Shown: positions 26,510 through 39,723 of the stretch, one piece after another
Layout: the number at the start of each line of letters is the position of its first letter
How positions within the stretch are numbered: the first letter of the stretch is position 1
Assembly: GCA_043228905.1 (NCBI GenBank)
Contig: JBHGNT010000020.1
Coordinates: 4,278,001-4,342,000 of the forward strand
DNA length: 64,000 bases
Direction: 5' to 3'
From: Azolla caroliniana
Taxonomy: Eukaryota > Plantae > Polypodiophyta
Notes under the pieces: generated by a model
Told to the model about the DNA's origin: nothing
What the model saw: only the letters and a program-made list of their open reading frames with translations
Database searches by the model: none
Made by a program: the position numbers and the translations under genes

Positions 26510-29079
26510 AGGAAGAACCGGAATACAATCTAGATGGAAGATGACGCAGTTGGTATTTCGACCCGAACAGAAGCCAACCCAGACGGGAGTTGATCAACCG
26601 GGCCCGACCCAACCAAAACCTGGACAAAAACTGACCCCGACGAAAGTTGATCGTCTGAGTCCAATTCAGCCGAATGCAAATATGGATGAAGGCCGATCAA
26701 GCCAGAAGTTGATTGGTCGAGACCGATCCAGACAGAAGTTGAGCGGGCCTTGCTAGAGGTCGAAGCAAACGAGCCGCGACACCCGGTTGAGGCTAGTGAG
26801 CATGAGGAAAGGCAAGCATAAGATGAGAAATGACGATCAGAGGAATTTTGATGAACAAGGAGATAGTCAGGACGAAGGTGGCACGTGTACAATGCATGAA
26901 GGGTTATGCTCAGGAGGAGCAAAAGGGGCTATGACAAGTGGTCATGGCAATGCGAAGGGTGAGCGAATGATATGGTGGATCGGATGGCAACGACGGTTTG
27001 GGTAGAAACAAGAAACATCTTCAAAGTAGAGGACAAAAAGACAGTGCGGACAAGGCACAAAAAAGGAGGAAATCAAAGACCAACCACCTTTGACCCCGCC
27101 ACATCCCTCTTTTCTTCTTGGCACATACCGGAGGATGTGCGGTTTGGTGGGGGTGGAACCAATGTCCCGAAGTTTCGTGTGCGTCTGTCGCTCAAACGGG
27201 ACCGCTAGGGCCTTGGACCGGGGAGACAAAAGTAGTGATGAAGTGGGAGATCAAGACAAAGACATGGGCAATTTATACACAAGTTAGATTTAATAGCATG
27301 ATTTCAGTGGTTTTTCTTTTTACATAGAATCCATTTCATGATTAATAAAACACAGCTATGAATCAAAATGGGTTTTTGTTTTATTTGGAATTGCTAAGCT
27401 TGACACCACAATTTCGGTGGTTTTTACAATAATCAGTTATGAAATAATCAAAGGCTAAAATAATCTAGTGAAGTCGAGTCTAGTGGGCTCCGAACTCGAC
27501 TACTTCCGACGGCTATGTTGCCTCGATTCAGAGTAGCCCTCGTGCCACTACAACCTCCCTTCCGCAACGGGCCACCGAGTTGACTACCACCGAGATGCCG
27601 AAGAAGTTGATGTATAAGGAATCCAAGCCCTAAAATATCTCGAGTAAGAAGTATAATAGAGGCAAAACTCTCAAACCCTAAAATCCTAACTCCTCTAATA
27701 TGTTTAGGAGAAAAGAAGAAAAGTAGAAAGGAAAAGCTCTCAAACCCTAACCCTAGAAGGAAAAGAAGAAGGAGAAAGGGATAAGGAGAGAGGGAGGCTA
27801 CCAAACCCTAACCCATGAAGAAGAGGAGAAGATGAAACCCTAGTGGCACACCCCTACGGCAAAATGGGTGACCCATAATAAGCCCTATTCCTCCCCTCTT
27901 ATAGAGGAAAGAGGCGCCTATTTTAATATTATATGCTTTTTATTATTATTTCCTTTATCACAAAAATGGAAGGGGAGCAAAATGCTCCTTGATTTATAAA
28001 CAAGAGAGCTTCGAACTCTATACCTCTCTATATATACTGATGGCGTAACCATTAGGCTACTATAAATTATCTAATATTTTATTTTTCATTTATTATACAT
28101 GACTTAATGAGATGTGTGTGGAACCTCGCTCTTTCTCACACTCAACACGCCACACCACGACATCCACCCCCACCAAACCACACATCCTCCGGCATGTGCC
28201 AAAAAAAAGTGATGTGGTGAGAGGTTGTAAACCTTTGTTTTCTTTCCTTCATTGCGCCTTGCCCGCATGAAATCAACCATCAGCTTCGACATAATCTCTT
28301 CTTCATCCGTCTTTGTCCTCCCCTACCACTCTTTCACGTCGGGTTCACCAATGTTGCTAAGTTTTGCGTGCGTGTGTCACTCGAACGGGACTGCCGAGCC
28401 GGGGCCTTGGACCGGGGAGACACAAGGGGTGAGGATGTGGGAGATCAAGACAAAGACATGGGGAAATATACATAAGTTTTGATATAAAATAGGCTTTAAA
28501 CAACAGTTAGGTTTAATACCACGATTTCAGTGGTTTTCTTTCGTAGGGTGGAAGCACGCTACGGTGTACCAGAAAAGTATTGTTTTTGGCCACAAAAATT
28601 GTCAGTACTTTCGATACTATTAGTACTGAATAATTCAGAAAAAAAAAATAGAGAAAAAAAAAAATCGATTTTGGAGAGTGGGGTGATTGTAGTACAAGTG
28701 TCATTTACTACAAGGAGTGGGGGGAACACGTGAGGAGATGTTCTTTCCATTTTGGGGGCTATTTTCCCCTCACGTAGATTTTGGCGCTTCCCCTCACGTC
28801 GTTTTTGGTGGTTCCCCTCATACTCCTCTTCCTCTATCCCTCTGAGCTCTTCATCTCAGACATCCATGTCACATTTTTTGTTTTCCTCCAATCTAAGAGT
28901 TTTGTTAGGGTTGGAGCTTTTGAGTTGAGGATTTCTGGTTTTTTTAGGGTTTCTATTTTTGTTAGGATTTAGGTTGAGGAACAGAGACTGTTCTGAGGCC
29001 TCTTATAACAACCAATAGTGACTTCTTCGACAACGACTTTCTTACTTCCACCGATTTGCAGTTTCCATCGGGGCGAGGA

Positions 29080-29535
29080 TCCTTCCACAGAATCCAGGCG
29101 GCATATCACAAAGATTCAAGGCGCCCTCCACCATTGGAGGTTCCTTCCACTAAATCAAGGTGGCATATCACAAAGATTCAAGGCGCCCTCCACCATTGGA
29201 GGTTCCTTCCAGCAAATCGAAGCGGCATATCACACATAATCAATGCTCCCGCCACCATTGGAGGTTCCTTCCATCCATTTTTTTATTTTCAGGACTAAAT
29301 TTTTTCATTTCTTCATTTTTCAGTACTAGATTTTTAGATTTTACAATTGTCAAATTTGTACATCGTGCTTCCACCATTGGAGGTTCCTTCCATCAAATTT
29401 AGGCAGCATATCACACAGAATCAACGCTCCCGCCACCATTGGAGGTTCCTTCCATCCATTTTTTTATTTTCAGGACTAAAACTTTTCATTTCTTCATTTT
29501 TCAGTACTAAATTTTTAGATTTTACAATTTTCATA
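29080..29535. repeat. Subterminal tandem repeats (~65-bp and ~180-bp units) upstream of the transposase
   Basis: CCACCATTGGAGGTTCCTTCCA occurs five times. Confidence 0.85.
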
Positions 29536-29686
29536 TTTGATCCGTAATTCTAATGTTCGAAACGAATTATTTCTCACTTTGCAGGCCACATTTAAAAACA
29601 TTTGACTGTGTTTTCTTAGTGTATTCTATATAACATTAACTACTCTTGCCGGACACTTAATTTTTTTGGATAAATCTAGTGACCAA

Positions 29687-32600
29687 ATGGGGGTCCCCAA
29701 CGAGAATGAGTTGTCAAGTAACTCATGTATATCTGAAAGGACCAAGAGACGAGTGGTTCTTCACATGGTTCGTTATTTGGTAGAAATAACGAAGAGATTT
29801 AGTGAAGAGGATCGTAGGGATATTATATGTAGAGTGTTACACCATCAACGTTTGAATGAAGACATGGAGAGAATAAAATTTAGGGACCAATGTGTTTTAA
29901 AAGAGATTGTAGAGTCTATGAAGTCATCCCTAGACTTAGTGAAAGGTGTAGAGAGCATAGACAAACTTGCTGCAAAGAGGGCAGCCCTACACATGGTTGT
30001 AAACGGTGCGAGAGAAAAAAAATATAGTGATACTAAAGTTGCCTTAGCCCTGGGTATTTAAAGAAGGAACTTGAGGAAACATCGCCGAAATATACACTCA
30101 AGCCTATTCAAGTGGCTGGGGTTGGGACATAGACGACGATGCGATGCCTTATCTCAAGAGATTATTGAGAAAGTGGATTCATTTTGGGCCAAAAATACGC
30201 ATGTCTCACCAAATAAGAAGGACGTGTGTAGACAACGAATAAGTCAGGGTAAGTACCAAATTCACCCTAGACACTTCTTGGAGATGACAGAGGTATTCCA
30301 TTTTTTTATATCAATTCACATTCCATAAATTTGTGTTTTGACCAACTGTATATTAATGTTTGCTATATATATTGGTTGATGTAGGCTGAATTGTACATGA
30401 ACTTTAAAGACCAACATCCAAGCTTGACTGTTGGATTTCGCAAGTTCCAAGGTTTGAAACCATTTTATGTTAGAAAATTAAATGAGAGGAATACATGTTG
30501 TTGTGTGTACCACGTGAAGATGAACATGTTAAGGCTAGGAGTGAATGCAATGCGTACTGATTCTAAGGGTATACACGGGGAATTATGTGTTTGCACTTGT
30601 GAGGTTTGTAGACCAAATGGGGAGGATAATAGGTGTAATGCACGAAACATGACTTATGCATCCGTTTTTGAGCTATGGAGGTCTTGTGTTTGTGAAAAAG
30701 AACCATCATGTGAGTGGCATCGTTGTACATGTCTATTAAGAACATGTAAGGTTTGTCCGCTACCATTATTTTGTTGGGAGGAGCTTGATTTGGGAAACAG
30801 TCATATCGTGAAATGGAAATATTTAGAGTATGTGACTGAAAATATTGGCAAGGGACTTGTAACTAAGCGTATCAAGGAAGTATATAAGGAGACATGAACT
30901 ACTACCCTTGTCTCAGAATTTAAGAAACAACTTGGGTAGTTCATTCCACATAACTTCCGGAGTTATTGGCAAAATTCACAATTCAAGGAATGTATTAATA
31001 ACTTACCAACGGGTGTCATCATATCCGTTATTGACTTTGCAGAAAACTATACATTTAAAGTTCAAAGTGAGATTCAATCAATGCATTGGTACAATGATCA
31101 ATGTACAATACTTGTACATATTTGCTATTGGAGGCAAGATGGTGAGTTACATAAGAAATCAATATTTTACATTTCAGATGATAAAAAGCATGATACACTA
31201 TTTGTTCAACATTGTTTTAAGCTTCACCATGCAGATTTATTATCTCTAGGGTTAACCTTTAACCGTCATTGGGTTTGGTTTGATGGTGCTGCCTCACAGT
31301 TTAAGGCGGCACGATCGTTCCACTTTATCGCGAGGTAATTTTGAATCCATATGTTTAGTACTTATCATGCAATGTGTAAGGAAGTAATTATTGTGTTAGT
31401 GCATGCCTACTAATTATGTTTGTAACTATTCACACACAGTATTATTCACATGGATGCATACTAATTATGTTTGTAACTATTCGAACACAACACTATTCAC
31501 ATGGATGCATGCATACTAATTTTGTTTGTAACTAAGTTAGTTGTTCTTGATTGATCAAATAGTACTATCATGTCACGTGAATATGTGTTTATTATCTTTT
31601 AATCCACGTGAAGTGTTCTCCATAGACAAAGTGTACTATGTTGTGTGTTGTATCTTTACTAAATCTGTATTTACTAAAGGATGTACAATACTCGTATTGT
31701 ACTCTATAGTATTGTCCGTCCTTAAGAGAATTGTACTAATTATCTTTTAATCCATGTGCAGTGTTCTCCATAGACACATTGTACTATGTTGTGTGTTGTA
31801 TCTATACTAAATCAGTATTTACAGAAGATGTAAAGTACTCATCTTGTACTCATAGTATTGTCCGTCCTTAAGAGAATTGTACTAATTATTTTTTAATCCA
31901 TGTGAAGTGTTCTCCATAGACACATTGTACTATGTTGTGTGTTGTATCTGTACTAAATCAGTATTTACTGAAGCTTATAAAGTACTCGTCTTGTACTCAT
32001 AGTATTGTCCATCCTTAAGAGAATTGTACTAATTATCTTTTAATCCATGTGAAGTGTTCTCCATAGACACATTGTACTATGTTGTATGTTGTATCTGTAC
32101 TAAATTAGTATTTATTGAAGGATGTAAAGTACTCGTCTTGTACTCATAGTATTGTCCGTCCTTAATAGAATTGTACTAATCATCTTTTAATCGACACATT
32201 GTACTATGTTGTGTGTTGTATCTATACTAAATCAGTATTTACTCATCTTGTACTCATAGTATTGTCCGTCCTTAAGAGAATTGCACTAATTATCTTTTAA
32301 TCCATGTTGAGGGTTTTCCATGGACATTGTATTGTACTGTGTGTTGTATCTGTACTAAATCAATAATTATCAAAGGATGTAATGTAGATGTCTTTTATTC
32401 ATAGTATTGTCCTAGATTGAAGAGTTTGTACTAATTATCTATTAATTAATGTTGAGTGTTCTCCATGAACACACTGTATTGTACTTGGTGTTGTATCTAT
32501 ACTAAATCAGTAATTATCGGAAGATGTAAAGTACATGTCTTGTACTCATAGTATTGTCTTATATTGAAGAGTTCGTACTAATTATCTATTAATCCATGTT

Positions 32601-33456
32601 GAGTGTTCTCCATGAACACATTGTATTGTACTATGTGTTGTATCTATACTAAATCAATGTTTATTGGGGGATGTAAAGTACAAGTATCTTCTAAGGAGGG
32701 TTGTGTTCTCTGTGGACACATTGTACTATATTGTGTATTGTATTTGTACTAAATCAATATTAATGAATGTAAAGTACTCGTCGTCAGCAACATAGTACTA
32801 TTCGATATTGAAGAGTTTGTACTATTTATCTGTTAATTCATGTAGAGTGCTTTCCATGAATTCATTGTACTATGCTTTGTGTTGTATCCATACTAAATTA
32901 GTATTAATGGATGCCAAGTTTACATGGTTGACAACATAGTACTATTTATCTTTTAATAAGTGTAGAGTGTTCTCAATGGATACGCTGTGCTATGCTTTGT
33001 TTTGTATTTGTACTAAATCAGTATTAATGGATGTGTAGTACTCTCAATTGACAACATAGTACTAATTTTGTTGGAAACCTGAGATACAAAAGCAGGTATT
33101 TCTCCTTATTCAACATTCATATGCAATGGAACTACTTCGGGTCTGGACATGGAAAAGAAGAGCATGATGGCGCGGGGGCTGTGATCAAACGTGCCCTTAC
33201 AAGGGAGCAGTTGGATAATAATGGTGCTACGTTACAAAATGCACATGATGTTGTGCAGTGGCTAACATGGAAGATGTCAAATGATGGTAAGAACAAATTG
33301 TTTGTTAAAGTTCGCGCTGATGAGGTTGATAGAACTAAATCATATGGTTGTAAAACCGTGAAAGGCACACGAAGCACCCATTGTGTGTTAGGGTTTAGCC
33401 GCAAGGACACAACACAATTGTTACTCCGTACATTATCATGATTTTGTTCCATGTGA
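29687..33456 (+). pseudogene. Sola2-like DDD transposase, three exons (~29687-30292, 30385-31334, 33096-33456) with nonsense mutations
   Basis: Cys-rich region CCCVYH..CVCTCEVC..CTCLLRTCKVC. Core motifs IDFAENYTFKVQSEIQSMHW, SDDKKHD, WFDGAASQFK, WNYFGSGHGKEEHDGAGAVIKR. GT..AG introns preserve frame. Premature in-frame stops at 30059, 30895 and ~30937; the TGA at 33439 may be premature too. Confidence 0.85.
31600..33065. repeat. ~147-bp tandem array (~10 units, progressively diverged) in transposase intron 2
   Basis: AATCCA.GTG.AGTGTTCTCCATAGACA recurs at 31601, 31749, 31895 and 32042, with more diverged copies after. Confidence 0.9.
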
Positions 33457-34274
33457 TGTATTAATTTTGATGATTGACAAATGAATCGATATAATATTTC
33501 ATCTTTCTTCTATTATGTATTATGAATTGATATATTTGATGTATTGAGACTATTTATTGAGCTTGTATTGTAAGTGTTTATGGTAATTATAGAGTTGCTT
33601 GTTTCCATGGTTTAAGGTGTGAAGTCTTCAATACTTTTGTATTGTCAGTGTTTATGGTAATTATAGAGTTGCTTGTTTCTATGGTTTAAGGTGTGAAGTC
33701 TTGAATACTTAGTAGCCTAAATATGGCCCAAACTTATTCAACTATCAAGTCTCTATTGTGTGCACTCAAGTCATTATTCAACTCTAACCATGTGCACTCA
33801 AGGAGACCATACTTCGCAAGTATCAATATACATATTAGTTTAGTACTAATGTCAATTGCAAGTATTAAGTAATACATAGCAGTCTCCCAATGTCAATTGC
33901 AAGTATTAAGTAATACATAGTAGTCTCCCAAAGTATCTCAGTTAGACGAATACATACATCTGATGTAAAGTTCGGTTGCATGACAGTATATACCAGTCTT
34001 CTAAATCTTCATCTGGTATAACAAACTATATATAACATCTTAGTTAATAATATAGAATTTTATTTGTAATCAACACAATCATGGTTGCATGGGAGTGTGA
34101 TAAATTCGTACCTCCCTCACCAAAGATCATTTCAGAATTAGCAATATAGAAATTCAAATTACACTACAACACTAGATGAGTGATTTGATCTTCACACCAT
34201 TTCAGAGTTAACAATAGAATACATTTTCATTCTCTGCAATTGGCAATATAGAATTTCACACTGTTATAACTACT

Positions 34275-34815
34275 GGATTTTGGTATACCAAATAGTTCAA
34301 TTTCTGACATCACTAACAGTTCTAAAGTTTAAGTACAATCGAAAGACACTAGTATAACTATTTCAGATAAATGAGACAGTATTTTGGTATACCAAATAGT
34401 TCAATTTCAGACATCACTAACAGTTCAGCTAAAGTTCAAGTACAATCAAAAGACAATCAAAAGACACTGGTATAACTATTTCAGATAAATGAGACAATAT
34501 TTTGGTATACCAAATAGTTCAATTTCAGACATCACTAACAGTTCAGCTAAAGTTCAAGTACAATCGAAAGACAATCAAAAGACACTGGTATAACTATTTC
34601 AGATAAATGAGACAATATTTTGGTATACCAAATAGTTCAATTTCAGACATCACTAACAGTTCAGCTAAAGTTCAAGTACAATCGAAAGACAATCAAAAGA
34701 CACTGGTATAACTATTTCAGATAAATGAGACAATATTTTGGTATACCAAATAGTTCAATTTCAGACATCACTAACAGTTCAACTAAAGTTCAAGTACAAT
34801 CGAAAGACAATCAGG
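34275..34815. repeat. 118-bp tandem array (~4.5 units) between the convergent 3' ends
   Basis: TTTGGTATACCAAATAG at ~34279, 34383, 34501, 34619 and 34737. Confidence 0.95.
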
Positions 34816-34915
34816 CACTAGAGGGCAATTTGGCTGATCTTGTAATGCGCTTGTTGTTGGTGCCAGTTTTTTCTGATTTTACATTCTTCTTTATCTTAAA
34901 GCCTTTAGGTATCAG

Positions 34916-37900
34916 CTAACTAAGTGGCACTTCATCATCAGAGGCATTAGAGACAGGCGTGGATGCATGGGCACCTTGTACTAGTGGCAACCTTGAGAGA
35001 GTAACTGTGCTTTCTGCAACTGCAATGCTTGTACACACATCCACAAAGGTACTGTCGATAGAAAAATTATCACTCATCTCCTGAATGTGGGTTGTTTTAG
35101 TACTCATGTTGTTGCTAGTATGCTTAGTCTCAGTACAATTAGGCTCATGTATGTGGGCTACAACAATACTCTTGGCGAACTCTTGGTTGGTGATAGTCAC
35201 CTCATTCTTAAGACCATTGTGCTCTCCTTCTTGGGTCAACTCCTCTTGTACAGTGGTTGTCACCTCATTCTTAAAAGAACCGTGCTCCCCTTCTTGGGTG
35301 GTCTTTATTGCCTGGTCCTCATGGGTGATGCTAGTAGGCTCCCCTTCATTAGTAACGATGTTCTTTCCACAATCCTCATGGGATTCTTTAGACACTACTA
35401 GCACATTCTCAGTACAATCAGGCTCCTCTTCAGTACTAGCGATGTTCTTTCCACACTCCTCATGGGAATCTTTAGACACTACAGATACATTCTCAGTACA
35501 ATCAGTCTTCTCTTCAGTACTTGCCATATTCTTTCCACACTCCTCATGGGCTTCTTTAGACAAATTGTTGTTTGTACATGCCAGCTGCTCTTCAAATATG
35601 AATGCTTCGTTTTTCTCACAGTCCTCATGTGTGGAAGATGTGCTTCCAGAGTCTGCATCCGTGCAAAGGTTAATCCCAGAATCTGACTCTACACTTGTGC
35701 TCCATATAGTTCCCGATTCATTTGATTGCAATTGGGAATCATACTGCTCTTGTAAACCTAAATAATGGGATTCCAAAGAATATTAGTATCAACTCACATA
35801 CTCAAAAGTTTGCAAACATACCAACAACAATGAACATAGGGTTAAGAGCCACATTTTTACCTATTGTTACATCGTCATACTGTACAACCGTAGATACCCC
35901 ATTGCAAGTTGTAGGCTCGGTCATCTTCTCCACAACATCTAAGTGCTCAACAGGGTTGTTATGATCTATAGAATGCACCAAAAGCAACGTTATCATAGGG
36001 TTGTTATGATCTAAATCATTGTTTTCAAAAACCGGCTTTTGACGTGTACCTGGGAGTGTGATAAATTCGTCTTCACGATCAGGTTTTGGACTCGTATCTC
36101 CCTCACCAAAGATCATTTCGTCATCAGCTAGTAACACAAGTACATGGTATTAGACAATGCATTAGGTTGACAACTCTCTGGACAGGTGAGAACATATATG
36201 ACTCACCATTGCATTCAACTTTGCCTTTCTTGCCCTTTCCATACAACATTCTTGCAACATTCCTCTTCTTAGTTGGCTCTATTTCTAAAGAAATTAGGCA
36301 TTCAACACTTTCCCAAATGAGAATTAAGATATGTTGGCAAAATTTGTGTTACCTGGATTGTTTTGAGGTTGACCGGAGCTTGGGGAATTTGTTTGTAGAA
36401 GCATATGTTCCACTGCTCCAATGGCCCTTCGCATACATTCATCTTCATCATAAAACTCATAGGTTATTGGTAATGATGGTCCCTGAACCTTGGAATGTTC
36501 AGCAAATACCGAGGGTTTAGGCACAGGGGCCGGTTGTTCCATTACCTTCCCTGGCGTGGAGTTTCTTGACACTACAACATTCATTGCAAGAAACCAAAAA
36601 ACCTTCAAGGTTAGTACCGTGATATAAAATATACAATGTAGGTCACAAGAGTTGCATTACTAATTCATTAAGCTACACCTAGTTCCCATATTACACAACT
36701 AGTACTAATCGTGAACAATGTACTACTCACTTAGTTCCCAATTTACACAAGTAGTACTAATCATGAACAATGTACTACTAACTTAGTCAAATTACACAAG
36801 GAGTACTAATCATGAACAATGTACCACTCACTTAGTTGCCAAATTACACAAATAGTACTAATCATGAACAATGTACTAATCCTGAACAATATACTACTCA
36901 CTTAGTTCCTAAATTACTGAACTAGTACTAATAAGGAATAGAAGTAGTACTAATAATGAACAATATACTCCTCACTTAGTTCCCAATTTACACAAGTAGT
37001 ACTAATCATGCACAATGCACTACTCACTTAGTTCCCAAATTACACAAGGAGTACTAATTTACAAAACTAGTACTAATCATGAGCAATGTACTACTCACTT
37101 AGTTCCCAATTTACAAAACTAGTACTAATCATGAGCAATGTACTACTCACTTAGTTCCCAATTTACATAACTAGTGCTAATCATGAACAATGTACTACTC
37201 GCTAAGTACTAATCGTCAACAATGTACTACAAGTATAGTGTGTACTAACACTAGTACTAGGCACGTTGTAATATAGATTGGACGAACATCTAATCCAACA
37301 AATGTAGATTGGATTTTAGTACTAACGTGGTATTTTGCACACAAGTAATACTAAACGTGATATGTGTTCTACACACCTAATTACATAACTTGTACTAATT
37401 ACACCAACAATATTAATCTTGAACAATATTAGTACTAAACGTGATATGTGTTTGACACGCCTCATTTCCAAATTACACAAATTGTACTAATATTCAGCAA
37501 TTTACTATACACCTTGTTCCCAAATTACATAAATAGTACTAATTCCCAAGTTACACAAACAATACTAACAATCAACAGTGTACTACAAGTATAGTGTCTA
37601 CTAAACTAGTACTAGGCAAGTTGCAATATAGATTGGACGATGTTGTACCTGGTTCCCTTTCAGTACTAATTCTTGAAAATATCCCTTCAACTACACATAC
37701 CAATTATATATTAAGAGTACTGCCAATACTAACCCACATAATTAGGGTTCCACATATTAGTTGTTAGAGATACACTAATACTAATCCATTGTTCTCCTAA
37801 ATTTGAAGTATGAATTGTGGCGTACACTAGTTCTAATACAAATGTAAATTGACATCATATAATACAAACAATAGAATAGTAGAGCCACATACCATACGGG

Positions 37901-39723
37901 TGTACTTTTAAACCCCAAGCATAGTACCACTCAGCCGCAATTGTAGTTTTACAGTCCATACATGTATTCTCTTTCTCAAAATGATACTTAGCACATAGCA
38001 CATGATATGTGTGCAAGCATGGTGTAATCACAACATCCATAGCCTCCAGCTTGAATCTGAGGCCACAAAATATACACATGGCAGATTGCAAACACAAGTT
38101 ATAATATATTAGCTAATATGATATTTATACCACAGAAGTAGAAATAAATAACTTTTAAAGCCAATACCGTGATATAGCTATGCTAGTAATGGTACTTTCC
38201 ATACCACTTGGGTGCTCAATTACAAATGGACACAAAGTTTCTAAACCTTTTTGTTTTAAATCCTGCATCAAGCACACAAGGTTCTCGGAATGCAACTTTA
38301 AAGCTAACAACTTATTATCTATTTCGGAATGTGCATTCCTGCAAGTATCAAGGTCTCTCATCTGTGAACCTAATTGAGTGCCCATATTGTTTAGCTCTTT
38401 CTTCAACTCCTCTTTCAACACCTCACTTTCTGAATTTTGGATTGTCGATGCAATCCATTCATATGTAGTCTTTAATGAAGAGAATTTCTTTTCTGCCTGT
38501 ATCTCAGCTGATTTAACTGCTTCCAAATTAGTAAGTAGTGCTTGTATTCTTGAGCTCATAGAAGCTATGCAACTGGCCATCATTTGTTCATGCTTTTCAG
38601 TCATTGTGGCCCATACCTTTGCAGATTGAACTTGGTGGACAGGTGTTGTAGCCGGAATATCCACGTGAGAGGTTCCCGATGACTTCAAGCCAGTGTTGGT
38701 ACTGGAGGACCCTTTATAATGTTCTGACTGGTGCCGATTAAAATCTTCCCAATCTACATCGATGCAAATGCACATGCAAATGCACATGCAAAAACAGTAC
38801 CCACCTCATTGTTACAGATTTGATTTGTATCATAAACATGTTCATATCTCGTCTTCAATAAGTTCACATATTCCCTCTTCAATCCACTTATGTGGAATCC
38901 TCGCCTTGTATCGGGATGTGCTGACCCCCAGGTTTTTATCAACCACTCTCTTAGCTCAGGATAAACTTCAGGTCGTGCTCGAAGGAAATAACTCCATCCG
39001 AGAGGTGTGTCTCGAATGATGGAATGGTACATCTTCTTTCTCTGTGTTGATGAATTCATCACCCTTTCTCTTGTGGGTGTCTTCTTGCTTTCTTTGATAG
39101 GTGCCCTTTTTCCTTCCTTCACTGGTGTCTTCACTTTCTCTTTCATCAATGTCTTCTTTATGGGTGTCCTTCTCGTCATTGTCCTAGTCATCACTATTCT
39201 CGTTGAATGAATATGCATGTACTAGAATAAAACTCATCAAATTACCATCAACACATAGCAAATCATCACATTGCATGTACAAGCCATGTCAAACACACAA
39301 AAACCCTAAATAGTCGGAAGAAAACTCATCCATGTCTAACACATACAAATTAAAAACAGATAGACAGGAAACATAGAGAAAACAAAAACATACCAACAAA
39401 ACGAAAACATAGCAACTCATCATAGCCAACTCCATCTAAGTTGCATGTACAAACCATGTCAAACACACAACCAACCTAAACAGTCGGAAGAAAACTCATC
39501 CATGTCAAACACATACAAATTAAAAACAGACAGACAGGAAACATAAAGAAAATGAAAACATACCAATTGGGCATGCAACACATAGACTATGAATAATCAA
39601 AAGCTAAAAATGCCCATACACATACAAATTAAAAACAGACGGACAGGAAGCACAGAGAAAACGAAAACATACCAGTTGGGCATGCAGCACAAAGAATACC
39701 TGGAGGTCGTACAAGCTGCACAT
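34916..39723 (-). pseudogene. Transposon accessory gene: basic/helical N-terminus, coiled coil, RING-H2 finger, basic NLS-like exon, acidic repeat tail (~8 exons, probably decayed)
   Basis: RING-H2 CIFC..PCLHTYHVLC..TCMDC. In-phase GT..AG joins: 39700/39221, 37893/36571, 36353/36284, 36207/36127, 35822/35757. Joins near 38800 and 38100-38170 do not resolve cleanly. Start codon 39723 is inferred. Confidence 0.7.
36660..37620. repeat. ~50-bp AGTACT-rich tandem array in the accessory-gene intron 36572-37892
   Basis: Unit approximately TTAGTTCCCAAATTACACAAGTAGTACTAATCATGAACAATGTACTACTCAC, more than 10 copies. Confidence 0.9.

Larger units (their letters stand above)
24527..27157 (+). mobile_element. 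Degenerate internal region of another Ty3-type element (gag-related ORF, ending in a PPT), interrupted by a solo LTR
   Basis: LVDRKERQANGIQLEDDDGANGLTKNW resembles VVDMKDRRELGTLLEDDTQANGLVADW of the gag at 19192. Ends GGTTTGGTGGGGGTGGA. Confidence 0.6.

Noticed and set aside
26214-26756. 180-aa ORF with 18-aa repeats; also superficially CRISPR-like
   Set aside because: It is a translation of a 54-bp minisatellite in a solo LTR. There are no unique spacers or cas genes, and the context is eukaryotic.
35085-35765. 226-aa hydrophobic plus-strand ORF
   Set aside because: It is the antisense shadow of the acidic exon of the accessory gene.
36660-37620. Regularly spaced repeats resembling a CRISPR array
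   Set aside because: The units are contiguous tandem copies without unique spacers, inside a spliceosomal intron.
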